Source: a virus
Taxonomy: Duplodnaviria; Caudoviricetes
DNA length: 36,146 nucleotides
Reading direction: 5' to 3' (one strand)
Virus record (IMG/VR): IMGVR_UViG_3300005573_000192
Coordinates: 1-36,146 of that record
Numbering within the stretch: position 1 is the stretch's first letter; the number at the start of each line of letters is the position of its first letter. The translations under genes were made by a program, and so were the position numbers. The notes under the pieces were generated by a model. That model saw only the letters and a program-made list of their open reading frames with translations, had not been told where the DNA came from and searched no databases. Shown piece by piece: positions 27,733 to 36,146 of the stretch.

Positions 27733-28119
27733 TCAATGCACAGACAAATACACGATTCCTCCGAACATTATCATATTTGCAAGGATGGAAATTATCAGGT
27801 TACGGTTGGCTGACTGCAACCGGCTTTCGCAAGTCTTTTGAGATAGCTTCAATTGCATCAACGATTGCTCTAAGTTTTGATATGCTGTCTCCCGCTCCGC
27901 CAATCGCATTTTGAGCGCTTGCGATTCTGCTTGAGATTGAGTCAAGTCGCTGTTGATACTCGCCAGTTGTGAGTTCAAGCTGTCGATTTCTTGCCTCAAG
28001 CTCGCTACAAGATTGTCGAACTGCTCCCAGCTCACGGCTGGCTGTGATTGCGCTGTAAGCGGCCACAACAAGCAACAAGCAAACAACAGCGAGAGCAATG
28101 TCCTTACCGATTTTGTCAT
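27733..28119 (-). CDS. Spanin-like protein: signal/lipobox-like N-terminus, coiled coil, C-terminal TM
   Basis: LLSLLFAC(C), heptad repeats, C-terminal hydrophobic helix; last gene of the lysis cassette. Confidence 0.55.
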   Translation of the reverse strand: MTKSVRTLLSLLFACCLLWPLTAQSQPAVSWEQFDNLVASLRQEIDSLNSQLASINSDLTQSQAESQALKMRLAERETAYQNLEQSLMQLKLSQKTCESRLQSANRNLIISILANMIMFGGIVYLSVH

Positions 28120-28123
28120 TCAT
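27800..28123 (-). CDS. i-spanin-like protein: N-terminal TM plus coiled coil
   Basis: IALAVVCLLLVVAAY followed by a coiled coil; ATGA-coupled to the holin; overlaps 27733-28119 in another frame. Confidence 0.55.
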   Translation of the reverse strand: MNDKIGKDIALAVVCLLLVVAAYSAITASRELGAVRQSCSELEARNRQLELTTGEYQQRLDSISSRIASAQNAIGGAGDSISKLRAIVDAIEAISKDLRKPVAVSQP

Positions 28124-28425
28124 TCATCCCTCCGTTCGTCTTTAGGTGGGAGTGGCTCTTCGGCCACAGCGTCTACTCGTTTTGCTGCGCCGGCTGAATT
28201 GGTCACCGGCATCAATAACCCGAGATTTTTGATGTCGCTGATAGTTGTCAGCCCTAGCAGTACCAATACCACTATCGCGCATCCCAGTCCGCCGTAGATA
28301 CCTGCCGTCGTGCCATGTAGCGCAGCTATGACAAACAGCGCTCCAGACAGCAATGAGTAATAGAGCGCCAATAATCTACGCATCGACCTGGAGCCGTCTT
28401 GTTCCTGCAAAAATCCTGCATTCAT
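28120..28425 (-). CDS. Putative holin (2 TM)
   Basis: SMRRLL, two hydrophobic helices, charged C-terminus. Confidence 0.65.
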   Translation of the reverse strand: MNAGFLQEQDGSRSMRRLLALYYSLLSGALFVIAALHGTTAGIYGGLGCAIVVLVLLGLTTISDIKNLGLLMPVTNSAGAAKRVDAVAEEPLPPKDERRDE

Positions 28426-28844
28426 GACAACCTCTTAATGATACGTTTGGACACCAGCTGTCCCTCGGCAACCGTTCGAGAATTCCCCAATGGGTCATCA
28501 ATAACATGCCCAAAGCCATCGCCGACCACGAAGTGTGCGTAAGTGACAGTGGTATCCTTACGCTCGAATCGTAAAATTTCCCACTCATCACGCTGGGTCT
28601 GATAGTTGGCATCCTCACGCCGCACGCTCCACGTGCCGCCTGCTGCAAGAGCGAGTAGCGCCGGTGGGTCTTGCACAAAGCAATCCTCATCGATAATCTT
28701 TGCGTCCAGCGCCTGTTGGTATAGTCCAATGGCAGCATAATCGCACTGCACAATTTTCAGCAGTGAGACAAAATAGCACCCCGAGTCGCCAATCTTTTTG
28801 CAAACAAGCTGTGTATACACAACGTCCTCCCGAGCTGCGCTCAA
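28422..28844 (-). CDS. DUF261-like papain-fold (C39-like) protein, candidate endolysin
   Basis: Q..GCYF, HFV, DPL and SKRI motifs; located between membrane lysis genes. Confidence 0.65.
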   Translation of the reverse strand: MSAAREDVVYTQLVCKKIGDSGCYFVSLLKIVQCDYAAIGLYQQALDAKIIDEDCFVQDPPALLALAAGGTWSVRREDANYQTQRDEWEILRFERKDTTVTYAHFVVGDGFGHVIDDPLGNSRTVAEGQLVSKRIIKRLS

Positions 28845-29182
28845 TTACGCAGCCGCCTGGCTTCCTCAAGATATTTCTCAAGCCGCGCAGCCAGTTCATC
28901 AATTTGCTTGCTGATGTGTTGCAGTTTCGTATTCACCTCGGCGATGACAATGTCTTTCTCCTTGTCGTTGTGCTCGAGTGCGGCGAGTTGCTCGTCATGA
29001 CACACTAATTTGTCTTGCATGTCCTGGATACGCTGCATCGCTGCTCCTTCATCTTGTGCCGACTTTTTCTGCGCCCGCAGGAAAGTAATGATTGCTGCAA
29101 ACGTTGCGAGCGCCCCGAGAATTTGTCCTGCTGCGACAATGTCAATGGTGAGCACGATTACGCCTCCGGCTGTGGCGGCCAT
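28841..29182 (-). CDS. Holin/antiholin-like membrane protein (TM + coiled coil)
   Basis: N-terminal hydrophobic helix, heptad-rich C-terminus. Confidence 0.5.
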   Translation of the reverse strand: MAATAGGVIVLTIDIVAAGQILGALATFAAIITFLRAQKKSAQDEGAAMQRIQDMQDKLVCHDEQLAALEHNDKEKDIVIAEVNTKLQHISKQIDELAARLEKYLEEARRLRN

Positions 29183-29523
29183 TGCGGATTGAGATACCAG
29201 CCCTCGGCGTCATTGATAGCTCGCAGGCTTTCTGCATAGGCATCCCATGCCGCAAGCTTTTCTTCTGCGCCAGCTATGCCGAGTCGTACCTCACGCTGAT
29301 ACTGCAAGACCTTTTTGTCGTACTCGGCAAAGAGCGCCTGACGTGTGGCTTCGGCGGCAGTTTTGAGTTGCTCTTCTTTTTTGGCTGCTTCATATTCCTC
29401 TGCGGTTACAGTTTTAAATTCGCCAAGCTCGGCAATGAGAGGTGAATCAAATGGCAACGTATCCCAATTCCCGTTGTCCATTTCGATTACAATGCCATCA
29501 TCTTTGGTAAAAATATATTTCAT
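29158..29523 (-). CDS. Tail fibre assembly chaperone-like protein
   Basis: W..Y..LR.I...WP..P C-terminus; follows the fibre gene; AGGAGG RBS. Confidence 0.65.
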   Translation of the reverse strand: MKYIFTKDDGIVIEMDNGNWDTLPFDSPLIAELGEFKTVTAEEYEAAKKEEQLKTAAEATRQALFAEYDKKVLQYQREVRLGIAGAEEKLAAWDAYAESLRAINDAEGWYLNPQWPPQPEA

Positions 29524-29535
29524 TATTCCCCTCCT

Positions 29536-30465
29536 TTAGAATGCAGACCATGCACCCCAGGCCGAACCATCATATATGCGTTTGTAAGTATTCCCACTTT
29601 CAGCATTAAAATAATATTGCCATTTTTTTAATATGTCGCTCGAATATCCCTGTATTAAAAATGCCCAGTTGTTTTCTCCTGATGGTCTATTCGCACCATC
29701 ATATAATATAAATAAGCCAGACCCAGATATAGTATTAATGTCTGAGGTTCCAAGATATTTTGACTCTGACCCAATCCCGAATGCCGACACGCTCGCCGCA
29801 TTGAACGTCCCGCCATTGATTGCATCAGCCTTTGCCGCTTGGACTCGCTTGTATGACGTGCCATTGGAGATGTCATCCTCGGTAAGACCAGCGTTGATTT
29901 TATCAGCCTTCGCCGCTTGTACTCGCTTGTACGACGTGCCGTCAGCGATATCATCTTGAGAGAATGTTCCAGCATTTAATTTTGCGATGATTGCCTTTGA
30001 TACAAGCCCATCACAGTATACCCGCTCATCGGTTAGGGTGTAGACATAGTTTCCGCTTGAGCGGTTGATGAGGATATTGGCCAGGGCAACATCCGTTGTC
30101 CCGTCGATTGTCGGCAAAGACGGACTCGCGCCTTCCACGCCTTTAATCACCGTAATGAGCATTGTTCGCGCTGTTTCATCCACATGCACCACGACACGGT
30201 CGTAGCGCTTGCTTCCCGACGTTACAGCGTCCAGTGTTTTGTTCACGCTTGCGGTGGTCTCATAGACACGCCCATTTTTGATACATGAGCCGGTGTTGAT
30301 GTCAACCGCCAGCGCACCGGAGTTCGTCACTGCGAGAGCATTCCCCAATCCCCTGATAACGCCGCTCTGCTCTTGCAAGAGCTGGTCAATAATCCGATTA
30401 AATTGTGCCGCGGTGGTTAATCTGTCCCCGCCGACATCCGCAAAAAATCTGCTTATTTCTGCCAT
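29536..30465 (-). CDS. Baseplate-attached fibre/receptor-binding protein with pyocin-knob-like tip
   Basis: N-terminal RYDRVVV..DER, a 26-aa tandem repeat, C-terminal Q.Y..YKR..WGAW. Confidence 0.7.
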   Translation of the reverse strand: MAEISRFFADVGGDRLTTAAQFNRIIDQLLQEQSGVIRGLGNALAVTNSGALAVDINTGSCIKNGRVYETTASVNKTLDAVTSGSKRYDRVVVHVDETARTMLITVIKGVEGASPSLPTIDGTTDVALANILINRSSGNYVYTLTDERVYCDGLVSKAIIAKLNAGTFSQDDIADGTSYKRVQAAKADKINAGLTEDDISNGTSYKRVQAAKADAINGGTFNAASVSAFGIGSESKYLGTSDINTISGSGLFILYDGANRPSGENNWAFLIQGYSSDILKKWQYYFNAESGNTYKRIYDGSAWGAWSAF

Positions 30466-30466
30466 A

Positions 30467-31348
30467 TTACACTCCTATATACCGATTCCGATACGTGATT
30501 GTCGCGCTAGACCCTGCCGCCGCACCTTCATCTGTGAACGTTAGTTGGTTATTCCCCACAGCGAGTTTGAGAAACGTGCTTAAAAGGTCAAGATACATCG
30601 AGGCATTTGTGATACTTCCTGATTCCGATATCACCACTGTATTTGCGCCGAACGCTGTATTGACTTCGACATAGTCGCCCAGCGCAATTGTCTTCACGAT
30701 TCGGATATATTCACCAGTGGTCACATTCGATATTTTCGGATTTGTAGTTTCGCCATAAAACCTGATAAGAACCGGGCATGGAACGTCCCCAGAATTATTC
30801 ACGATGATTGATTTGCCATTAATCGTTGCTACTGTCTCGATAGCAAGCCCATTTGCAGGGATTCCTATGCCCGCCGCCGGTATTGCAAATCCAGTTCCGG
30901 CCTCAGTAAGCGTTTTTACAGTGTCGGAAACATCCATCCAATATGGGGTGGAGGCATGAAACACAATCTGGAATCTTTGATATGGGTCGGTGGCGTCCTT
31001 CGAAGAAAATGTCGGTGATGAAACAGGCTTTGCTGTGATTCGCCATGCCCCCAGTTCATTGATATAATCCAGCGTCCCCGCTCCATTTTTCGGGTTCAGC
31101 ACTTGCACCATCAATCGCCGAGCCGCGGCAATTCCACTCATGGTCTGTGGCGCCAGTGCGCCCTCAACAGTAATATCCCGAGTCTGGAACGTTCCGCCGA
31201 TGTCTGTTGCGCCATCCTGATATGGTGCTTTCGTTTCAAGCGCATCCCAGTCCGGTGTGCCAATGCCATCGAGACTTGTAATCACATATGGCGGAGCGCC
31301 AAAAGTAATCGTGAGGCCATTCGGATTCGTATAGACCAGGCTTCTCAT
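30467..31348 (-). CDS. Distal tail protein (Dit, Sipho_tail-like)
   Basis: YQDGA, RDIT, PYW, NSGDVPCP, FLKLAVGNN and YRNRY motifs. Confidence 0.8.
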   Translation of the reverse strand: MRSLVYTNPNGLTITFGAPPYVITSLDGIGTPDWDALETKAPYQDGATDIGGTFQTRDITVEGALAPQTMSGIAAARRLMVQVLNPKNGAGTLDYINELGAWRITAKPVSSPTFSSKDATDPYQRFQIVFHASTPYWMDVSDTVKTLTEAGTGFAIPAAGIGIPANGLAIETVATINGKSIIVNNSGDVPCPVLIRFYGETTNPKISNVTTGEYIRIVKTIALGDYVEVNTAFGANTVVISESGSITNASMYLDLLSTFLKLAVGNNQLTFTDEGAAAGSSATITYRNRYIGV

Positions 31349-32467
31349 TTATTGCTCCGTTGCGGTCATAGCCGCACCTAATTCTTCATCGTTCCTTGCC
31401 GCTATTTTCTGTGCTTCCGGATAAGGTTTGCCAAAGGTTAGTCGTATTGAATACCCCGACTCGTCCCATGATTCCTGTGCCTCGGATATTCGTGCGTCAA
31501 CAACTTTCCCTAGCGCTGACAGTGTACAAAGGTCGCCAATATCATAGTTCGTTTGATAGACAATCGAGGAGTAGGGCAATATTTCCGCCTCTAGATAATC
31601 CTGGAACGCATTTTCTGCGAGCTTTGCATTCCCCCGTTGCGTCAAATCGGCAGTTGCGGAAACGTCCCGTGCATCAACCCACATTTCTTTACGCGCCCAG
31701 CCCGCCGGTTCAGCTCCAGAATACACCGGCACAATCGTTCGCGCAGCGCCGACGCCCTGTCCACCGACCAAAGCATAATTGCGATACGCGATGTCGGACT
31801 CTGTCACAGTGGCAGTTTTTAATGTGTCAAAGTCGGTCGAAAATATCGCCCTGCCATTGATAGTCTGCTCGACTGTTCTATCAACGCCAATGCCAATATC
31901 GAACACAAAGAGTTTATTCGTCAGGTCGAGATAAATTCGCGGTCCCACATTCGTCGCCCATGCCGCTTGTTCTACTTCTTCATCAAGCCCTGAATAGCGT
32001 GCGCTAATAAGATAGCTCGCCCCGCGCCCCAGGTCACTCGCCATCGTCAGCAGCGGAATCCTTCGAGCGGTAGCAGCACCTGCGCCGGCCTGCGCATAGA
32101 CAAGGTTTTTCAAGATGGTTTCAACGGCTGCTGTCGCTTCCCAGCGCGCAGTTCCTGTCGGAGGAATAACCCTGCGCCACGAAAAAATGCGCCGCAGTTC
32201 AAAGCCCGATGCACTCACCACCCGTTCGCCGCGCTCATCAATGGTTTTCTGGACTTCAGTAATTATTCCGCATTTATATGGGTCATTGCCAATCATCACT
32301 ATTCGCCCGCGCACGAGTTCGTCCGAGTGCAACAGCTCCATGTCCATCGTGATGTTGAAATCTCCAACCCCATACCAAGCCCGAGTAAAATAGAGGCTTT
32401 TGTAATTATCGAGCTCAGCTTGCAATGTGAGCGCAGTGTCGAAAATCCTCACTGGGGTGCTCGTCAT
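31349..32467 (-). CDS. Tail tip hub protein (Tal; ReqiPepy6 gp37-like)
   Basis: WYGVGDF, GGQGVG..R, E.WVDARD and YDIGD motifs. Confidence 0.8.
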   Translation of the reverse strand: MTSTPVRIFDTALTLQAELDNYKSLYFTRAWYGVGDFNITMDMELLHSDELVRGRIVMIGNDPYKCGIITEVQKTIDERGERVVSASGFELRRIFSWRRVIPPTGTARWEATAAVETILKNLVYAQAGAGAATARRIPLLTMASDLGRGASYLISARYSGLDEEVEQAAWATNVGPRIYLDLTNKLFVFDIGIGVDRTVEQTINGRAIFSTDFDTLKTATVTESDIAYRNYALVGGQGVGAARTIVPVYSGAEPAGWARKEMWVDARDVSATADLTQRGNAKLAENAFQDYLEAEILPYSSIVYQTNYDIGDLCTLSALGKVVDARISEAQESWDESGYSIRLTFGKPYPEAQKIAARNDEELGAAMTATEQ

Positions 32468-35400
32468 AGTGCACCCTGGAACGCAAGCTTCCTAGCCGTC
32501 AGTTGGAATTGCCGCTTCATCTCCGCCGGAGTTAGAGCAATCGGTGAATGGAAGTGGAATTCATATCTCCCATTTTTATTGAGAATATTCTGTGTCTCGT
32601 TGGTAGTATAAATTCTCGCCCCGACTGGCGTTGATATCAATTCGGGACCCTGCTCACCAACGAGCGCAAGCCCACCCTGCGCCACGCCGCCAAGCGCGAA
32701 CGCAGCTGGCGGTTGTGGCTTGTTCGCATTCATCACAGCAATTTGTGCGGCAACCGACGCCCCAACAATCACTGCTGCAATCGCACCCGCAATGGGACCC
32801 AACTGTGCGAATGCCTGGATAACCGCCAAAGCGCCTTGCGCGATAGCCTGTGCAACGTTCACTGCATGCTGAACCAAGTCAGCCTTGTATTTTATCACCG
32901 CCTTATCATATTCTGCTTTCTTAGTGGCCTCGGCTTCCTTCGCATTGTAGTCTTCAAGTATCTGCTCTTTCTTTAATGCCGCTTCTGCCGCCGCAATCGC
33001 CTCGGCATCACCGGATTGCTTGGCTGCATCCAATTTCTTTTGCAAGGTTTCGAGTGTAGTTTCATCAGCTACACCGGCTGCCTCGAGTGCGGCTTGTTTT
33101 TCTTGCTCATAGGCAGCCAGTTGCGCCTTGAGCGCCGCATCGATTGCATCGGTTTGCTGTTTGGCTGACGCCGCTGTAAAATCGGAGAACGTTTTGAGAG
33201 TGTCTAGGCCATACTGCACGCCAATTTGGGCTGCGCTTTGAATATTGGCCATGAGTTTCTTGTAATCTTCTTCGCGCTTCTTATTTGCCGCGGCTTCTGC
33301 ATCAGCGATTTCTTTATTCTTCTGCGCGATATAATTCGAGTAAGAGTCCCAATAAGATTGTTTGGTTTTTGCAAGGTCTGATTCTTGTTTTTCCTCTTTC
33401 TGGGACACTTCCTCGGTTTTTGCAAGTCTTGTAGTTACATAGTGATTGGTGATTTTTTCGAGCGATATTTGTCGTTGAAGTTCCTGATTAACCCTGTCGT
33501 CAGCGGCTTCTCCTTCTTTCACTTCAGCGTCATCGCGTGCCTTGACCCTATCCTGTACCGACCTGACATAGTGCTGGGTAATCTTATCTTGCGACGCCTG
33601 TGCAATCCGCTGTCGGTCTGCCTCCGCTTCGGCTTCGGCCTGCACTTGGCGCTGAATCAAATTTTGATTCGCAGCAAGAGTGCGCTGCTCAGTCTGGATT
33701 CGCCGTTGTGCCGCTTGTTCGGCTAATTGTGTTCTGCTCGATGCACCATCCATGACTGCATAAGTGATTTTCTGCTCATCCGCCTCTTCTTTGATTGAAA
33801 CGGCTTCAGTTGCATTGAGCCGCCGGTCGATGTAACTCTTCTGCACTTTTAATGCCGATTCTGTGGCATCCTGCTCCGCCTGATTGGCTTTATCAATTCT
33901 TGCCTGCGCCTCACGCGCTTCGATATTCGATATTGCTTGCTCTGAATTCTTAGCTGTTTTAATCTTGTTCTGCGCGAGCTGTTCGGCTATCTGCGCCCGC
34001 CCGGAAGCACCATAGTCCTCGGCTTGCACCAATTTCCAATAGTCTTTTTCTTCTTTCTCTGACACTTGCTCAGTCGCCTTGAGACGCCGATTCACATAAT
34101 TCGTCTGTATCTTGAGCGCTGTGTCTGCGCTGTCTTGTATGCTTTGATTATAATTATCGCTTGCATCTTGTGCACCGCGCGCCGTGATATTTATTATTGC
34201 CTGAGCGGCATTCTGGGTCGTCTTTATTCGATTCTGCGCCAACTGTTCTTCTATCTGCGCACGCCCGGAAGCACCATAAAAGACAGCATCATCGATTGCC
34301 TTCTCGGTAGCCTCTTCCTTGACATGCACCTGCTCTGTAGCTTCGAGCCGTTTATTAACATAGTGTTTTTCTATTGCAATCTGAGACTCTTTCCGTTGCC
34401 TCATCCTCTCAAGATATGCTTTCTCCCACGCTTCAACGTCTAGTTGCTGAAGATAAATCTCATAATTCCCTTGGAGGATTTTATCCTTCATCTCCGTAGT
34501 GTTGTTTAAAAGTTGCTGATTGCGGTCAATCGCCGCACGCAGGGTTTTATCGCCAATGTCATTCGACTCTTTCGCGCCGGTGTAGCCAAGCGCTATCAAA
34601 TCATTGATGAGTTTTTGATTCGCCTGATACTTTGCGTCAGCGGCTTCCTGCTCAGTCATCACGCCGAGCTTCACCTTGGTATCTATCTGCGCAAGCGAAT
34701 CAGAATAAGCTTTTTCAGCATCTTTCCGGCCTTTAATCTGAGCCGCAACGCTATCTTCTACTGCTTTCTTCTCCGCCGCAACCCTATCATCATTCGCTTT
34801 CTTCTCTGCGGCAAGTCTGTCTTGCGTAACTTGGTATGATTTCAGTCTCAACGTTTCCAGTGCATCGGATTGCTGGGTTATTGCGCTAATGTTGTCCGCA
34901 AAGGCTTTCTTTTGTGCCTCTGCGTTCTTCAAATATTGGTTTGTCAGCCCAAGCACTACCCCAGCAACCGCACCAATCGCCGCAACAACGGGTGCTACAG
35001 CGGCAAGTATTGTGCCAAAAGCAATAGCGAGTTCGACGAGTGCAGTCTTAGCTCGTGGGGCATCATCGGCAATGCCTCTCATTATCTGAGTGATTGCATC
35101 GCGCACTGGTTGCAATGTTGTCGCAATAGAACGCCCCATCGCCGACATCATGTCGCTGTAAGCATTTTCATAATTCTTGATTGATACGTCGGTTGAATGA
35201 GTTAGTGTGCCGGCAAACTGTTCATACTTTTCACTCAATAGCTTGACGCCTTCGCCGTTTTTCAATTGCTCCGCAGTAAGGTCTCTCAGCGCAGGAATTT
35301 GTTGCCCGAGCCGGCCGATGTTCCCCGAAAGCGTCATGTTCAGTTTCATGAGCGCATCGTTCACATCCCCGCCCAGAACGTTCGACATCCCGAGGGCAGT

Positions 35401-35799
35401 GTTCATCATGGTCTGAATCTGCGCATCGGTACGACCATAGGCAGAGAGCATGGCCACTATCGATTGGGTATTGGCAACCGATATACCAGACATCGAAGCA
35501 AACACTGGAACGAATTTGTCAAGAATTTCTTTGCCATCGGCACTAATAGAATTCGAGGCTTGTAAGGCAGCATTATATTTTAGCAGTGCAATTTCATCAC
35601 CGCGGAACGCTTCTACCATTTTCTGAGCCGCATCATAGGCAACTTTTATCGCCCCTGCGACACCGGCTGCGCCGAGCAATCCGGACAGAAGTCTGCTGCT
35701 ATTGCTGAGCGCATCCATGCTGTCAGCGCCTTGCTCCATAGCAGTCTGCAATGAAGTTGAATCACCGGTTATTTTAACAACTAGCTCTTCTATGGTCAT
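32464..35799 (-). CDS. Tape measure protein
   Basis: 1111 aa, helical and Ala/Gln/Glu-rich, EELVVKI N-terminus, LVGEQGPEL C-terminus, internal repeats. Confidence 0.92.
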   Translation of the reverse strand: MTIEELVVKITGDSTSLQTAMEQGADSMDALSNSSRLLSGLLGAAGVAGAIKVAYDAAQKMVEAFRGDEIALLKYNAALQASNSISADGKEILDKFVPVFASMSGISVANTQSIVAMLSAYGRTDAQIQTMMNTALGMSNVLGGDVNDALMKLNMTLSGNIGRLGQQIPALRDLTAEQLKNGEGVKLLSEKYEQFAGTLTHSTDVSIKNYENAYSDMMSAMGRSIATTLQPVRDAITQIMRGIADDAPRAKTALVELAIAFGTILAAVAPVVAAIGAVAGVVLGLTNQYLKNAEAQKKAFADNISAITQQSDALETLRLKSYQVTQDRLAAEKKANDDRVAAEKKAVEDSVAAQIKGRKDAEKAYSDSLAQIDTKVKLGVMTEQEAADAKYQANQKLINDLIALGYTGAKESNDIGDKTLRAAIDRNQQLLNNTTEMKDKILQGNYEIYLQQLDVEAWEKAYLERMRQRKESQIAIEKHYVNKRLEATEQVHVKEEATEKAIDDAVFYGASGRAQIEEQLAQNRIKTTQNAAQAIINITARGAQDASDNYNQSIQDSADTALKIQTNYVNRRLKATEQVSEKEEKDYWKLVQAEDYGASGRAQIAEQLAQNKIKTAKNSEQAISNIEAREAQARIDKANQAEQDATESALKVQKSYIDRRLNATEAVSIKEEADEQKITYAVMDGASSRTQLAEQAAQRRIQTEQRTLAANQNLIQRQVQAEAEAEADRQRIAQASQDKITQHYVRSVQDRVKARDDAEVKEGEAADDRVNQELQRQISLEKITNHYVTTRLAKTEEVSQKEEKQESDLAKTKQSYWDSYSNYIAQKNKEIADAEAAANKKREEDYKKLMANIQSAAQIGVQYGLDTLKTFSDFTAASAKQQTDAIDAALKAQLAAYEQEKQAALEAAGVADETTLETLQKKLDAAKQSGDAEAIAAAEAALKKEQILEDYNAKEAEATKKAEYDKAVIKYKADLVQHAVNVAQAIAQGALAVIQAFAQLGPIAGAIAAVIVGASVAAQIAVMNANKPQPPAAFALGGVAQGGLALVGEQGPELISTPVGARIYTTNETQNILNKNGRYEFHFHSPIALTPAEMKRQFQLTARKLAFQGAL

Positions 35800-35808
35800 A
35801 ATTTCACC

Positions 35809-36060
35809 TTACACCCAAAAATCACTCGCTTCCTCTTCTTCCTTGTCAGGATACGCAGCAGCTTGCCATGCGTCCCAAATCTCACTAGCGCTCTCATCGG
35901 TTAACTGTCGTGTTCCTAATTGTAACTCAGTTACCCTCCTCATGCTCTGCTCGGCACGCAATCTTGGCAGCATGGTGATGTACACATTCAGCCATCGCAG
36001 CGGCATATCTAGCCATTCCATCGGTCTCCCACCATAGAATTCCTGGAGCCTAGGAATCAA
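35809..36060 (-). CDS. Tail chaperone frameshift extension (gpT-like)
   Basis: Lies in the -1 frame of the chaperone gene, has no evident RBS of its own, and precedes the tape measure gene. Confidence 0.75.
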   Translation of the reverse strand: MIPRLQEFYGGRPMEWLDMPLRWLNVYITMLPRLRAEQSMRRVTELQLGTRQLTDESASEIWDAWQAAAYPDKEEEEASDFWV

Positions 36061-36146
36061 GTCTCCATAGTCTGGTTCTCCGCCTCCAGTTCCTTCGTCG
36101 CCGCCTGGATTTTCTTGGTGGCGAGGCCGAAAAAAATCGCTAACAC
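36026..36146. repeat. Terminal direct repeat, right copy
   Basis: Identical to 1-121. Confidence 0.95.

Noticed and set aside
29800-29960. Diversity-generating retroelement TR/VR pair
   Set aside because: No reverse transcriptase; the copies are tandem and in frame, and their differences are not adenine-specific.
36026-36146. 121-bp repeat as a biological terminal repeat or att site
   Set aside because: It falls mid-gene and is exact, which fits a circular assembly overlap.
1-36146. Lysogeny module, tRNA genes or stop-codon recoding
   Set aside because: No integrase, CI-like repressor or cloverleaf seen by eye; genes are intact in the standard code and use all three stop codons.

Overview
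The window is a complete, circularly assembled tailed-phage (siphovirus-type) genome of about 36,025 bp; bases 1-121 are repeated at 36026-36146. It has three transcription blocks. (i) A minus-strand late operon starts near 9770, runs through terminase, a portal-MuF fusion, HK97-type protease and capsid, neck and tail tube, wraps the junction through a frameshifted tail chaperone, then tape measure, tail tip, fibre and lysis genes, ending at 27733. (ii) A minus-strand replication block (14550 to 10371: SSB, RepB-like primase, DUF5906-like helicase) ends in an iteron-rich putative origin. (iii) A plus-strand block starts with three repeated promoter+RBS cassettes driving small early genes, followed by a beta-clamp homolog and a tightly coupled operon: UGM-like flavoprotein, divergent ThyX, HAD/all-alpha pyrophosphatase-like fusion, SDR, VOC protein, DEDDh exonuclease, DnaE, PD-(D/E)xK nuclease and SNF2 helicase. 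I saw no integrase, repressor, tRNA or CRISPR array. A DUF261-like lysis gene suggests a spirochaete host (inference). The best candidate for an undescribed system is 18579-25851, which looks like a pre-replicative pathway making a non-canonical, probably C5-substituted uracil nucleotide and incorporating it with a phage DnaE. All family calls come from motif recognition by eye; no database searches were run.
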